A stretch of DNA of 64,000 nucleotides from Calditrichales bacterium (GCA_965267575.1 OZ254086.1:1536001-1600000), one strand, 5' to 3'. Shown: positions 28,407 through 38,461, counted from the first letter of the stretch. A program made the numbers and translations. Notes: generated by a model from the letters alone, not told the origin.

Positions 28407-29954
28407 ATGCAACGAATTTTGTGGGCCGATGATGAAATCGAACTGTTGCAATCGCACATTATGTTTTTGCAACAAAAAGGCTATGATGTTACGACTGTGA
28501 CCAACGGGGATGATGCTGTGGCCAAGGTGCAGCAGGAGCCGTTCGACATTGTTCTGCTGGATGAAACCATGCCCGGCAAAGATGGCCTCGCCGCACTTAA
28601 CGAGATAAAAGACACGCGCCCGCAAACACCCGTTATTATGATCACCAAAAACGAGGAAGAGAGCCTGATGGAAGAGGCCATCGGCAAGCGTATTGACGAC
28701 TACCTGACCAAGCCGGTGAACCCCAGCCAGATCCTGATGGCGTGCAAAAAGATTCTTGACCGCAAAAACATCATCAGTGAAAAACGCAGCGAGCAGTACG
28801 CCCGCGATATTTCACAGCTCTCCCTGTCGCTGATGAACCCGCTTATGGCGGACGACTGGCTGCAGCAGGCGCTGAAAATCTTTCGCATGGATATGGAGCT
28901 GGACGCCACCTCGGACAACGACATGCGCCAGGTGCTTTACGATCAGCGCAAGGAAAGCAACATAGAATTCGGCAAATTTGTGGAGAACAATTACGAAGGG
29001 TGGTTGCGGGACAAAAACAATCGCCCCACGCTTTCCGTGGACCTTGTGGAGCAATATGTTTTGCCGGAATTGAACAAGGGCAAACGCGTTGTTCTGGTGG
29101 TGATCGACTGTATGCGCCTGGACCAGTGGCTGATGCTTGAGCCTTTTTTCTACGAAAATTTCACGCTTTCCACCGATTACTTTTTTTCCATTTTACCCAC
29201 GGCTACGCCGTTTTCTCGCAATGCTATTTTCAGCGGGCTGTTCCCGCAGGAGATCGAAAAAACCTACCCCGAGCTGTGGCGCATGGATGAAGATGACGAA
29301 AGCCTCAACCGCTTTGAAAAGGAGCTGCTGGAGCTGCAGCTAAAACGCCTGCACACGCCGGCGGCGGAGGCCGTTAAATATGTAAAAGTGATGAACAACG
29401 AAGACGCCCGCCAGCTTGACAAAAGTCTAAACAACTACGCCGATGCCTCGGTGCTGGCCATCGTCGCCAATTTTGTGGATATCCTGGCGCACAGCCGCTC
29501 CGACCTGCCGATTCTCAAAGAGATTGCGCCCAACGAAGCGGCATACCGTTCGCTGACCCGTGCCTGGTTCGAGCATTCGCCGCTTAACAACGTGTTCCGC
29601 AAGCTGGCGGCGCCGGACACCGTTATGTTCATCACCTCCGACCATGGCAGCGTGCGCGGCCTGCATGGTACCAAAGTCATCGGCGACCGCGAGACATCCA
29701 CCAGCCTGCGCTACAAATACGGGCGCAATCTGAAAGTGGACAAAAAGCACGCGGTGATGATCAAGGACCCGGCCACCTGGAAACTGCCTCGCCGGGGCAT
29801 CAATACCTCCTACATCATTGCCAAGGAAGATTACTATTTTGTTTATCCAACCAATTATCACAGATACCTTAACCACTACAAAGACAGTTTTCAGCACGGC
29901 GGCATTTCGCTGGAAGAAATGGTTCTGCCCATGATCCGTCTGGAGGCGCGCTAA
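28407..29954 (+). CDS. Response regulator with PglZ (alkaline-phosphatase-like) domain, PorX-like
   Basis: ILWADDEI..L, ITKNEEE..MEEAIG..I.DYL.KPVNP.QI, IDCMRLDQW, LPTATPFSRNAIFSG, TSDHG, FQHGGISLEEM. Confidence 0.92.
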   Translation: MQRILWADDEIELLQSHIMFLQQKGYDVTTVTNGDDAVAKVQQEPFDIVLLDETMPGKDGLAALNEIKDTRPQTPVIMITKNEEESLMEEAIGKRIDDYLTKPVNPSQILMACKKILDRKNIISEKRSEQYARDISQLSLSLMNPLMADDWLQQALKIFRMDMELDATSDNDMRQVLYDQRKESNIEFGKFVENNYEGWLRDKNNRPTLSVDLVEQYVLPELNKGKRVVLVVIDCMRLDQWLMLEPFFYENFTLSTDYFFSILPTATPFSRNAIFSGLFPQEIEKTYPELWRMDEDDESLNRFEKELLELQLKRLHTPAAEAVKYVKVMNNEDARQLDKSLNNYADASVLAIVANFVDILAHSRSDLPILKEIAPNEAAYRSLTRAWFEHSPLNNVFRKLAAPDTVMFITSDHGSVRGLHGTKVIGDRETSTSLRYKYGRNLKVDKKHAVMIKDPATWKLPRRGINTSYIIAKEDYYFVYPTNYHRYLNHYKDSFQHGGISLEEMVLPMIRLEAR

Positions 29955-30024
29955 CTTCTATTTGTTGTTTTGGCAAGGGAATTCCCTTAACTTTTTAAGC
30001 TTTAATTTATAAGCAAATAGGTGC

Positions 30025-30456
30025 ATGAAAACGATACGAGAATGGACATCCGCTTCAACGGACGAGACTGAAAAAATCGCGCAAGAGATAGCGGATATTC
30101 TTAAGCCGGGCGACATAGTTTTGTTACAGGGCAATCTGGGCAGCGGTAAAACTTTCCTGGTGCAAAAAATCTGCGCTGCGTGGGAGGTCAGCGAAACCGT
30201 AACCAGCCCCACGTTCACTTTGATCCAACACTACAATAGCGGGCAGCACGCGGTCATCCACATGGATTTGTACCGTCTGGATAACATTAGCCAGCTGGAC
30301 CAGCTTGGCTGGGAAGACCTGTTGTTTGCCGGCAATATTACATTTGTGGAATGGCCGGAGCTGATTAAGCCTGTGCTTTCTTCATACTACCTGGTTACAA
30401 TCGACAGCGAAAACGGCACCCGCAAACTGCGTTTGTCACGCCGGGAAGGGGAGTGA
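30025..30456 (+). CDS. tsaE: tRNA t6A biosynthesis ATPase TsaE
   Basis: GNLGSGKT, VTSPTFTL, HMDLYRL, VEWPE. Confidence 0.95.
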   Translation: MKTIREWTSASTDETEKIAQEIADILKPGDIVLLQGNLGSGKTFLVQKICAAWEVSETVTSPTFTLIQHYNSGQHAVIHMDLYRLDNISQLDQLGWEDLLFAGNITFVEWPELIKPVLSSYYLVTIDSENGTRKLRLSRREGE

Positions 30457-31115
30457 TGATCCTGGCGATTGAAACATCGGGATTGCTGTGCAGCGTGGCG
30501 TTTTATGACAAGGGCCGGCTGTTTGCGGAATACAATCATGAGTTGCCGATGCAGCATGCCACCCTTCTGGGACAGCTTGTGGAAGAAGGTAAAAAGCGAC
30601 TGCAAAAGCAGAATATTCAGTCTAAAATAGATACGCTGGCTGTGGCCATAGGTCCGGGCAGTTTTACCGGCCTGCGTATCGGTCTGAGTTTCGCGCAGGG
30701 TTATTGTTTTGGCAACGAATGCCTTCTTGCCGCCATTTCCAATCATCAGGTGCTTGCGGCGCAGGCGCCACAGGGCGAAGGGCCGCTTTACACGATCATT
30801 GACGCGCGCCGTGATGAGGTGTACCTGGCGCGTATGGAGGGTGAGGCGCCGTTTGAATTGGCGGAACATAAAATTGTGCGGCTGCAGGACCTGGCGCAGA
30901 CGCTGCCTGCCGCAAGCCGCCTTGTCTGTGAACAAGGTGTGCTGCCGCAAGAGATAAAGGAACGCATGGCAGATAAAACAATCGTTTATGACCATGCTTC
31001 CTACAGGGCTTCCATAATAGCGCGGCTGGCCGAGGCCAGGTTGAAAAAGAGCGGGCCCGATGATCCGGAACAGGTAGAGCCCCTTTACATAAGGCCGTTT
31101 GCCGGCGCCTATTAA
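30456..31115 (+). CDS. tsaB: tRNA t6A biosynthesis protein TsaB
   Basis: ILAIETS...CSVA, GPGSFTGLRIG, IDARRDEVY, EPLYIR. Confidence 0.95.
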   Translation: MILAIETSGLLCSVAFYDKGRLFAEYNHELPMQHATLLGQLVEEGKKRLQKQNIQSKIDTLAVAIGPGSFTGLRIGLSFAQGYCFGNECLLAAISNHQVLAAQAPQGEGPLYTIIDARRDEVYLARMEGEAPFELAEHKIVRLQDLAQTLPAASRLVCEQGVLPQEIKERMADKTIVYDHASYRASIIARLAEARLKKSGPDDPEQVEPLYIRPFAGAY

Positions 31116-31562
31116 ATGTATCAAATCGAAAAAATGACCCGGCGCTGGATTGACGAAGTCGTGGTGCTGGAAAGGCAGATCTTTGAAAAAGATGCCTGGA
31201 ACAGGGAGATGATACTGGAGGAGCTTGTGGATGCGCCGCACAAGCATCCGCTTGTTTTAATCAGCGAAGAGAGGCTGGCCGGATACGCCATGTTGTGGAC
31301 TATTGACGGGGAAGTGCATCTTTATAATTTTGCCATTCATCCCGATTTCAGGCGCCGCGGTTTGGGACAATGGTTTTTAAATGCTATTTTTGATCGTTTC
31401 CGGGAGTCGCATGTTATGTTTCTGGAAGTGCGCGCAACAAATGACGCCGCACGAACCTTGTATGAAAAAAACGGCTTTGAAGTATTTGCATCACGCCGCG
31501 GCTATTACAGCGACGGCGAAGATGCATTAATCATGAAGAAAAATCTGACCGAAGCGGGGTAA
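31116..31562 (+). CDS. rimI: Ribosomal-protein-alanine N-acetyltransferase RimI
   Basis: AIHPDFRRRGLG, FLEVRATNDAA..LYEKNGF, RRGYY.DGEDALIM; tsaB-rimI synteny. Confidence 0.92.
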   Translation: MYQIEKMTRRWIDEVVVLERQIFEKDAWNREMILEELVDAPHKHPLVLISEERLAGYAMLWTIDGEVHLYNFAIHPDFRRRGLGQWFLNAIFDRFRESHVMFLEVRATNDAARTLYEKNGFEVFASRRGYYSDGEDALIMKKNLTEAG

Positions 31563-31565
31563 ATT

Positions 31566-32420
31566 ATGGAATGGTTTAAGCGCAAAAAGAAAGTAACCGG
31601 ACAATCCGACAAAAAGGATCTGCCCGACGGCCTGTGGCAGAAGTGTGATAGCTGCGGCGAGATTATCTACAAAAAGGAGCTGGAAAAAAAGCTCTATGTC
31701 TGCGGCAAATGCAATTACCATTTCCGTATCGGCAGCGATATGTACATCGACATCCTGTTTGATCCCAAAAGCTTCAAGGAGTTCGATGCCAACATAAAAA
31801 GCGCCGACCCGCTGGAGTTCGTGGATGTTAAAAGTTACCGCGATAAGTACGCTGCCACGGTCAAAAAGACCGGTCTGAAAGAGGCGGTGATCATCGGGAC
31901 GGCCAGGATAAACCGCAAGGGTGTTGTGGCCGCGCTGATGGATTTCCGTTTTATGGGCGGCAGCATGGGATCGGTTGTGGGTGAAAAAGTAGGCCGCGCC
32001 ATTGACATGGCCTATAAGAAAAAATGGCCGTTGATTATTCTTTCCGCCTCCGGCGGCGCGCGCATGCACGAAGGCGTGCTGAGCCTGATGCAGCTGGCCA
32101 AAACAAGCGCCAAACTGGCCCGCCTGGCCGACAAAGGCATCCCCTACATCTCTATATTAACCAACCCGACCACCGGCGGCACCACCGCCAGCTACGCCAT
32201 GCTCGGTGATATCAATCTTGCCGAACCCGGAGCTTTGATCGGTTTTGCCGGCCCGCGCGTGATCAAGCAGACCATCGGTCAGGATTTGCCCGAAGGATTC
32301 CAGCGCTCGGAGTTTGTGCGCGACCACGGCTTCCTGGACACGATCGTCCACCGCCACGATTTAAAAGAGCGGCTGGCGAATATGATCGAATTTTTCCGGC
32401 ACAGCAATCCGGCAAAATAG
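31566..32420 (+). CDS. accD: Acetyl-CoA carboxylase carboxyltransferase beta subunit
   Basis: LWQKCDSC zinc finger, FMGGSMGSVVGEK, SGGARMHEG, GFAGPRVI. Confidence 0.97.
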   Translation: MEWFKRKKKVTGQSDKKDLPDGLWQKCDSCGEIIYKKELEKKLYVCGKCNYHFRIGSDMYIDILFDPKSFKEFDANIKSADPLEFVDVKSYRDKYAATVKKTGLKEAVIIGTARINRKGVVAALMDFRFMGGSMGSVVGEKVGRAIDMAYKKKWPLIILSASGGARMHEGVLSLMQLAKTSAKLARLADKGIPYISILTNPTTGGTTASYAMLGDINLAEPGALIGFAGPRVIKQTIGQDLPEGFQRSEFVRDHGFLDTIVHRHDLKERLANMIEFFRHSNPAK

Positions 32421-32423
32421 ATT

Positions 32424-33191
32424 ATGACTCAAAAAAAAATTCTGGTGACTAATGACGACGGCATTTACTCTGCCGGTATTCTGGCGTTGGTTAACGCGAT
32501 GCAGGAGCTGGGTCATGTCGATGTTGTGGCGCCGCTGGCTGAAAAAAGCGCCGTGGGTCACGCTATCACGGTTTCCGATCCGTTGCGCGTGCAGCAGGTG
32601 GAGCGTTTTGGACGTTTCTTTGGCCATGCCGTAAACGGAACGCCCGCGGACTGCGTCAAGATCGCCATAAAATGCCTGCTGGATGATCTGCCTGATATTG
32701 TCGTCAGCGGCATCAACCAGGGCTCCAACACCGCCACCAATGTGATTTACTCCGGCACCGTTTCCGCCGCTGCCGAAGGTGTGATCATGGGCATACCCTC
32801 CATTGCCATTTCCCTCACCAGTTTTACCAACCGCGATTTTTCCTATGCCGCCAAAATTGCCCGGCATATTTCATCCCTCGTCCTGGAAAAAGGTCTGCCG
32901 CCGCGCACGCTGCTCAACGTAAACGTGCCGCCTTTGGATGAAGAGCAGGTAAAGGGCGTGGAAGCTGCGCGCCAGGGTATGGGTCGCTACGAAGAGGTTT
33001 TTGATGAGCGCCAGGACCCGATGAAGCGCACCTACTACTGGATGGCCGGCAAGCGCATGGTGCTCGATGACGATGAGGATGTTGACGATGTTGTTGTGAT
33101 GCACAACAAGGTTGCCATCACACCGATTCAATATGATTTGACGCATTATGATTTCCTGAAGGAATTAAAAACATGGAAGCTAAAGCCTTAG
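32424..33191 (+). CDS. surE: 5'/3'-nucleotidase SurE
   Basis: [34 protein letters not shown]. Confidence 0.97.
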   Translation: MTQKKILVTNDDGIYSAGILALVNAMQELGHVDVVAPLAEKSAVGHAITVSDPLRVQQVERFGRFFGHAVNGTPADCVKIAIKCLLDDLPDIVVSGINQGSNTATNVIYSGTVSAAAEGVIMGIPSIAISLTSFTNRDFSYAAKIARHISSLVLEKGLPPRTLLNVNVPPLDEEQVKGVEAARQGMGRYEEVFDERQDPMKRTYYWMAGKRMVLDDDEDVDDVVVMHNKVAITPIQYDLTHYDFLKELKTWKLKP

Positions 33192-34726
33192 GCCACGAAA
33201 CCATACTTATTTTGGATTTCGGCTCCCAGTATACACAGCTTATCGCCCGGCGCGTACGCGAGAGTGGTGTCTACTGCGAGATACAGCCTTTTAACCACGA
33301 TCTGGCAGAATATAAAAGCAGCAGGCTGAAAGGGATTATCCTTTCCGGAAGCCCTTCATCTGTTTACGATGACAACGCGCCCATCCCTGAAAAGGTGTTT
33401 ATGGACATGAATGTGCCGGTGCTGGGTATCTGTTACGGCCTGCAGCTGCTGACCTTTCTCAACAACGGCAAGGTCAAGGCCTCGGATAAAAAAGAGTACG
33501 GCCGAGCCGCCATCCGCGTAAAAGACGCCTCAACGATTTTTCACGACATACCGCAGCTTTTCGATGTCTGGATGAGCCACGGCGATAAAGTGCTTGAAAT
33601 ACCCAAGGGTTTTAAGGCGATCGCTGAAACGGACAACGCCCCCTTTGCCGCCATTGAGCACGAGAGCGGCCATTATTTTGGATTGCAGTTTCACCCCGAG
33701 GTGGTGCATACGCAAAACGGCAAAGCGATCCTGGGCAATTTTCTGTTCCGCGTTTGTGGCTGCAGCGGCGACTGGTCGGCAAAATCTTTTATCAAGGAAA
33801 GTGTTGAAGCCATCCGCCGGCAAGTGGGCGATAAGCGCGTGCTGTGCGGGCTCAGCGGCGGGGTCGATTCCAGCGTAGCAGCGGTTTTGATCCATAAAGC
33901 TATCGGTGAGCAGCTGCATTGCATATTTGTGGATACCGGTCTGTTGCGCAAGGACGAGGCCGCCCAGGTTGAAAAGACCTTTAACGAAAATATCAAGATT
34001 CCCCTTACCTGCGTCGATAGTTCCAAGACTTTTTTTGCAGCCCTTGAAGATGTGACCGATCCCGAACGCAAAAGAAAGATCATCGGCCACCAGTTTATCA
34101 ATGTGTTTGAGCGCGAAGCCCGCAAGCTTGGCGACTTTGATTTCCTGGCGCAGGGCACGCTCTATCCCGATGTGATTGAGAGTGTCTCGTTTAAGGGGCC
34201 TTCGGCAACGATAAAATCGCACCACAATGTGGGTGGTTTGCCGGAGAAGATGGGCTTTAAACTGGTGGAGCCGCTGCGCGAACTGTTTAAAGATGAAGTG
34301 CGCGAGGTGGGCCGCGAACTGGGCATCCCGGAAATAATCCTGGGGCGTCATCCTTTTCCGGGGCCGGGTCTGGCCGTGCGCGTCCTGGGCGCCATCACCG
34401 AAAAGCGGGTGGCAACATTGCAGGATGCCGACGCGATCTATATTGAAGAACTGCACAAGGCCGGGATCTACGATGAGATCTGGCAGGCTTTTGCCGTGAT
34501 ACTGCCGGTAAACACAGTGGGTGTTATGGGCGATGCACGAACCTATGAGGCAGTGGTGGGTCTGCGCGCCGTTACCAGCACCGACGGCATGACCGCCGAC
34601 TGGTACCAGATGCCTTACGAGGTGCTTGCTAAAACCTCCAACCGCATCATCAATGAGGTGGAGGGCGTGAACCGCGTGGTGTACGACGTAAGCTCCAAGC
34701 CACCGGCGACAATTGAATGGGAATAA
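33173..34726 (+). CDS. guaA: GMP synthase (glutamine-hydrolysing)
   Basis: [54 protein letters not shown]. Confidence 0.98.
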   Translation: MEAKALGHETILILDFGSQYTQLIARRVRESGVYCEIQPFNHDLAEYKSSRLKGIILSGSPSSVYDDNAPIPEKVFMDMNVPVLGICYGLQLLTFLNNGKVKASDKKEYGRAAIRVKDASTIFHDIPQLFDVWMSHGDKVLEIPKGFKAIAETDNAPFAAIEHESGHYFGLQFHPEVVHTQNGKAILGNFLFRVCGCSGDWSAKSFIKESVEAIRRQVGDKRVLCGLSGGVDSSVAAVLIHKAIGEQLHCIFVDTGLLRKDEAAQVEKTFNENIKIPLTCVDSSKTFFAALEDVTDPERKRKIIGHQFINVFEREARKLGDFDFLAQGTLYPDVIESVSFKGPSATIKSHHNVGGLPEKMGFKLVEPLRELFKDEVREVGRELGIPEIILGRHPFPGPGLAVRVLGAITEKRVATLQDADAIYIEELHKAGIYDEIWQAFAVILPVNTVGVMGDARTYEAVVGLRAVTSTDGMTADWYQMPYEVLAKTSNRIINEVEGVNRVVYDVSSKPPATIEWE

Positions 34727-34746
34727 AATTAACGGAGTAAAACTCT

Positions 34747-36573
34747 ATGTGTGGAATTGTAGGATACATTGGCAAAAAAGACGCCGCACCGATTTTGCTG
34801 ACAGGCCTGAAGCGCCTGGAATATCGCGGCTACGACAGCGCCGGTATCGCCGTGATGAACGGCAACGGGATGGAAATGGTCAAAGAAGTCGGCAAGATCG
34901 CTAACCTGGAAAAGGCGCTTAATACGCAGCCGCTGAAAGGTAACATAGGCATAGGCCATACGCGCTGGGCCACCCACGGTGAACCCAACCAGCATAACGC
35001 CCACCCGCATACCGACGGCAGCGGCAACATCGCCATTATCCATAACGGCATCATAGAGAATTATGCTTCGCTGCGCACTATGCTGCGGGAAAAGGGCCAC
35101 GTGTTCAAATCCGATACGGATACGGAGATCCTTGCCCACCTGATCGAAGAGTTTTACGAAAAGGATGTGGAAAAAGCGATCCGCGCTGCACTACAGGAAA
35201 TTGAAGGCACCTACGGCGTTGCCATCATCAGCCAGTATGATCCGGAGAAAATTTTTGTTGCCCGTAAAGGCAGCCCCATCGTCATCGGCGTCGGCAAGGA
35301 CGAGTATTTTGTCGCCTCGGACGTTACCCCGCTGGTGGCCCATACCCGCGATGTGTTTTACCTCGATGACTATGAAATGGCCATCATCACACGCGACGGC
35401 GTTACCACAAAAACAATCGAAAATAAGAAGACCGAAAAGAAGGTTGAGCGCATTAATTTTGAGCTGGAAGCCATTGAAAAAGGCGGCTTTGACCACTTTA
35501 TGCTCAAAGAGATTTATGAGCAGCCCAAAACGATCATGGATGCCATGCGCGGCCGCGTGATCAAGGAAGAAGGCATCGTGAAGCTGGGCGGCCTGGATAA
35601 GGTGGAAGACAAACTGGTTAATGCCAACAAGGTGATCATTACCGCTTCCGGCACGTCGTGGCACGCCGGCTTGATCGGTGAATACCTGATAGAGGAATTT
35701 TGCCGCATCCCCTGTGAGGTGGAGTACGCTTCGGAATTCCGCTATCGCGACCCGATTGTTTCCAAGGGTGATGTAGTGATTGCCATTTCGCAGTCCGGTG
35801 AAACGGCCGATACGCTGGCCGCTTTGCGCGAAGCAAGGCACAAAGGCGCCACGGTTGTCGGAATAGTGAATGCCGTGGGTTCGACGATCGCGCGTGAAAC
35901 CGACGCCGGTGTCTATATCCATGCGGGACCGGAGATCGGCGTGGCCAGCACCAAGGCCTTTACCTCGCAGGTAACCGTCCTGGCGCTGATTACGACAATG
36001 ATCGCGCGGCGCAAAAATATGAGCTCGGAAATGGGCCATACCATGGTCGAGGAATTGCTGCGCATCCCTGAAAAAGTACAAATCATACTGCACCAGAACG
36101 ATTACATCCGCGATTTCGCACGGCAGTACAAAGACGCCCGCAACTTCCTCTACCTGGGACGCGGCTATAATTTCCCCGTAGCCCTGGAAGGCGCGCTTAA
36201 GCTGAAGGAAATCTCCTACATCCATGCCGAGGGTTACCCGGCCGCGGAGATGAAGCACGGGCCCATTGCGCTGATCGATGAGGATATGCCGGTGGTCTTT
36301 GTCGCTACAAAAGACGCGATTTATGATAAGGTGATTAGCAACATCGAAGAGGTGAAAGCGCGCGGCGGACGTATTTTCTGCATCGCCACGCAGGGGGATG
36401 ATAAGATCACCGAGTATGCCGATCACGTGGTTTATATCCCGGAGACACTGCAGGCGCTGACGCCTCTGCTGTCGGTGATCCCGCTGCAACTGCTTTCCTA
36501 CCATGTGGCCGTTATGCGCGGCTGCGATGTGGACCAGCCCCGTAACCTGGCCAAAAGCGTCACGGTTGAATAA
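34747..36573 (+). CDS. glmS: Glutamine--fructose-6-phosphate aminotransferase
   Basis: MCGIVG, EYRGYDSAG, HTRWATHG, SQSGETADT, PRNLAKSVTVE. Confidence 0.98.
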   Translation: MCGIVGYIGKKDAAPILLTGLKRLEYRGYDSAGIAVMNGNGMEMVKEVGKIANLEKALNTQPLKGNIGIGHTRWATHGEPNQHNAHPHTDGSGNIAIIHNGIIENYASLRTMLREKGHVFKSDTDTEILAHLIEEFYEKDVEKAIRAALQEIEGTYGVAIISQYDPEKIFVARKGSPIVIGVGKDEYFVASDVTPLVAHTRDVFYLDDYEMAIITRDGVTTKTIENKKTEKKVERINFELEAIEKGGFDHFMLKEIYEQPKTIMDAMRGRVIKEEGIVKLGGLDKVEDKLVNANKVIITASGTSWHAGLIGEYLIEEFCRIPCEVEYASEFRYRDPIVSKGDVVIAISQSGETADTLAALREARHKGATVVGIVNAVGSTIARETDAGVYIHAGPEIGVASTKAFTSQVTVLALITTMIARRKNMSSEMGHTMVEELLRIPEKVQIILHQNDYIRDFARQYKDARNFLYLGRGYNFPVALEGALKLKEISYIHAEGYPAAEMKHGPIALIDEDMPVVFVATKDAIYDKVISNIEEVKARGGRIFCIATQGDDKITEYADHVVYIPETLQALTPLLSVIPLQLLSYHVAVMRGCDVDQPRNLAKSVTVE

Positions 36574-36592
36574 AGGTAATCAGAAAACAAAC

Positions 36593-36620
36593 AAGCCGCC
36601 TTCAAGGCGGCTTTTTTGTT
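36593..36620 (+). terminator. Rho-independent terminator after glmS
   Basis: AAGCCGCC-ttcaa-GGCGGCTT followed by a T-run. Confidence 0.85.
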
Positions 36621-36649
36621 TGGGGCTACTTCACATGCTCTTCGTAATA

Positions 36650-36712
36650 AACCGATGAATCGGTTATCCGGTCTTTTTTTTCGTGCCTAAATCCCACGAC
36701 TGAAGTCGTGGG
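36650..36712. repeat. Two REP-like hairpins with TGAA loops
   Basis: AACCGA-TGAA-TCGGTT (36650-36665) and CCCACGAC-TGAA-GTCGTGGG (36693-36712). Confidence 0.65.
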
Positions 36713-36733
36713 TTATCGATAATTCTGTTTTTT

Positions 36734-38095
36734 TTAATTTGATTTGAATATGAGAGCGTTATTGTTGGGTGAAGCTAAATCATATCCAACCGCACACACT
36801 ACATTTCTTAATGCGTGTATCTGCTTAAAAGCGCCATCAAAATCGAATGGTATTTCATGCCAGGATGCGCCGTTATAATGCGCCATAAAAGCGAGATCAC
36901 CTACAATGAATATGTCATTGATAGCACTCATTGAAAGCGAGCGTGGAAATCCGCTATAATGATGCTCAGGATATTTAGCGCGTTGGTAAGAGCCAGGGAG
37001 ATTTAATGAGTATGTATAGATGCCGCGGCTGGTAAGAATGTAATTTGTGTTGTTAGAAACAGCTCCGGAAACAAGACTGCCTGAGAGAGTATCGACCCTT
37101 AGTCTAAAATATTCCTCACTTTCATAAAGCGTTTCTATTGTATTTCCATTAATCTTGATTAGCACAGTCCCTTTAAAATCTTCCCAGCCGCATGCCCACA
37201 CCGTTTTGCCATCAGGCGTACCCCAGACATCGGTCAGGTTCACATCCGTGCCGCTTTGCAGCTTCGTCCAGCTTTGCCCGTCGTAGTGGACAATTAGCCC
37301 TGAATTACCAACTCCATAAATTTCGCCAGTACCTGAATGCCACAACTTTTCTACTGTCTCATTTGTTGAGATATCTCTTCGATAGAAAAGAGTAGCAATA
37401 TGGCCTTTCCAATGATATACGCTGCCTGCTGCCAACCAAATGCTGCTGTCATTTTCCACGCTTATTCCACGAATCACGCTTATCCTATCCTCAGAGGTTC
37501 TCATGAAATTAAACATTTCCCATTTCTCCCCATCCCAGTGTACGGCGTTGTACTCTTCAATTTCACCGGCGGAGTCGGCCACGCTTATCCGGCCAACGGC
37601 CCAGATGTTGTTTTCATTAACAATAGCCACGTCGTTCAGGTAGCTGCTTCCGCCGGCGCCACCAAATTCGTACACCTGCCAGCTAAAGTTGTGGCCGGTG
37701 GTATCCATGGTGCGGCGGTTAAAGGCAAAGCGGTACCATTGCTGTTGCGTGCTGTCTTTGGCCAGCCATAGCTCGTAGAGGTAGTTTTCATTGGGCTGCA
37801 AATTGTCGTCGTAGAAGGCGGTGTCGTTGCCGGTCAGTACGTGGCGGAAGAGCAGTGTGTCGTCTAGGGTGTCTTTTACGTTGGCGCGGGTCAGCGCGGC
37901 CAGGACCGGCAGGCGGGCGTTCTGTAATTGCAGGCGCAGGCCCAGCCTTGTCAGGCCGGTGTCGCTTACAGTCAGCATGGCGGCAGGCTCCACGTTGCCG
38001 TTCTCCGGCGGGTCGGTCGGCTGCTCGCTGCAACAGACAAACAGCATAAACAAAATCGCAACGGCTATCTTTTTCATTATCCTAATCATTATCAT
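36734..38095 (-). CDS. Surface lipoprotein with predicted beta-propeller-like repeats, function unknown
   Basis: Lipoprotein-like signal (LFVCC); repeated IWAVG/HWDG..W, HYDGQSW and HYNGASW units; start may be ATG 38077. Confidence 0.7.
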   Translation of the reverse strand: MIMIRIMKKIAVAILFMLFVCCSEQPTDPPENGNVEPAAMLTVSDTGLTRLGLRLQLQNARLPVLAALTRANVKDTLDDTLLFRHVLTGNDTAFYDDNLQPNENYLYELWLAKDSTQQQWYRFAFNRRTMDTTGHNFSWQVYEFGGAGGSSYLNDVAIVNENNIWAVGRISVADSAGEIEEYNAVHWDGEKWEMFNFMRTSEDRISVIRGISVENDSSIWLAAGSVYHWKGHIATLFYRRDISTNETVEKLWHSGTGEIYGVGNSGLIVHYDGQSWTKLQSGTDVNLTDVWGTPDGKTVWACGWEDFKGTVLIKINGNTIETLYESEEYFRLRVDTLSGSLVSGAVSNNTNYILTSRGIYTYSLNLPGSYQRAKYPEHHYSGFPRSLSMSAINDIFIVGDLAFMAHYNGASWHEIPFDFDGAFKQIHALRNVVCAVGYDLASPNNNALIFKSN

Positions 38096-38239
38096 TTTCT
38101 GTTACGCAGTTTAGCCTGTTTCCAAAAGACGGTCAAGGCGTTTTGAGCAAGCGGGGTTTACGGTATATAAAAGATAACGAAAATGCGAATGAGAAAGAAT
38201 AGGAGATGTGGGAGTAAATTTCCTGTAACCGGATATAGT

Positions 38240-38461
38240 GGATTCCTGCCTTCGCAGGAATGACTGCTATCAGCTTCACCAGTTAGGGACCGAGACAAAA
38301 ACTCTTCATGATCTTCATACCCTTCATGGTGAAAAAATTGAGAACCGTCATCCCGCCGGGAGTTGTAAAAGATCAGGAGCATGATCATGATCAAGATGAC
38401 ATCAAGACTTCAAAACTTCCTGACCTCAAGACCCCATGACCTCTGAACTTCAAGACTTACA
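38240..38461. repeat. Composite intergenic repeat: REP-like palindrome plus 9-, 6- and 8-bp tandem arrays
   Basis: GGATTCCTGCCTTCGCAGGAATGAC 38240-38264; CTTCAT 9-mers 38302-38331; GAKCAN 6-mers 38371-38397; eight GACYTCAA-like 8-mers 38398-38461. Confidence 0.85.

Noticed and set aside
28407-29954. BREX phage-defence system suggested by the PglZ domain
   Set aside because: PglZ is fused to a receiver domain (PorX architecture) in a housekeeping operon; no brxC, pglX or brxL nearby.
35191-36504. Long antisense ORF (437 aa) opposite glmS, and similar ones opposite acs, guaA, deoC, the mutase and the CLC genes
   Set aside because: Shadow ORFs expected from codon bias in conserved genes; no recognisable motifs or RBS.
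36734-38095. Diversity-generating retroelement target
   Set aside because: No reverse transcriptase or template/variable repeat pair with adenine-specific mismatches in the window.
38158-38394. 78-aa ORF containing HHEGYEDHEE and SHSCEGRNP
   Set aside because: It is a translation of the 6-mer, 9-mer and REP repeats rather than a credible gene.
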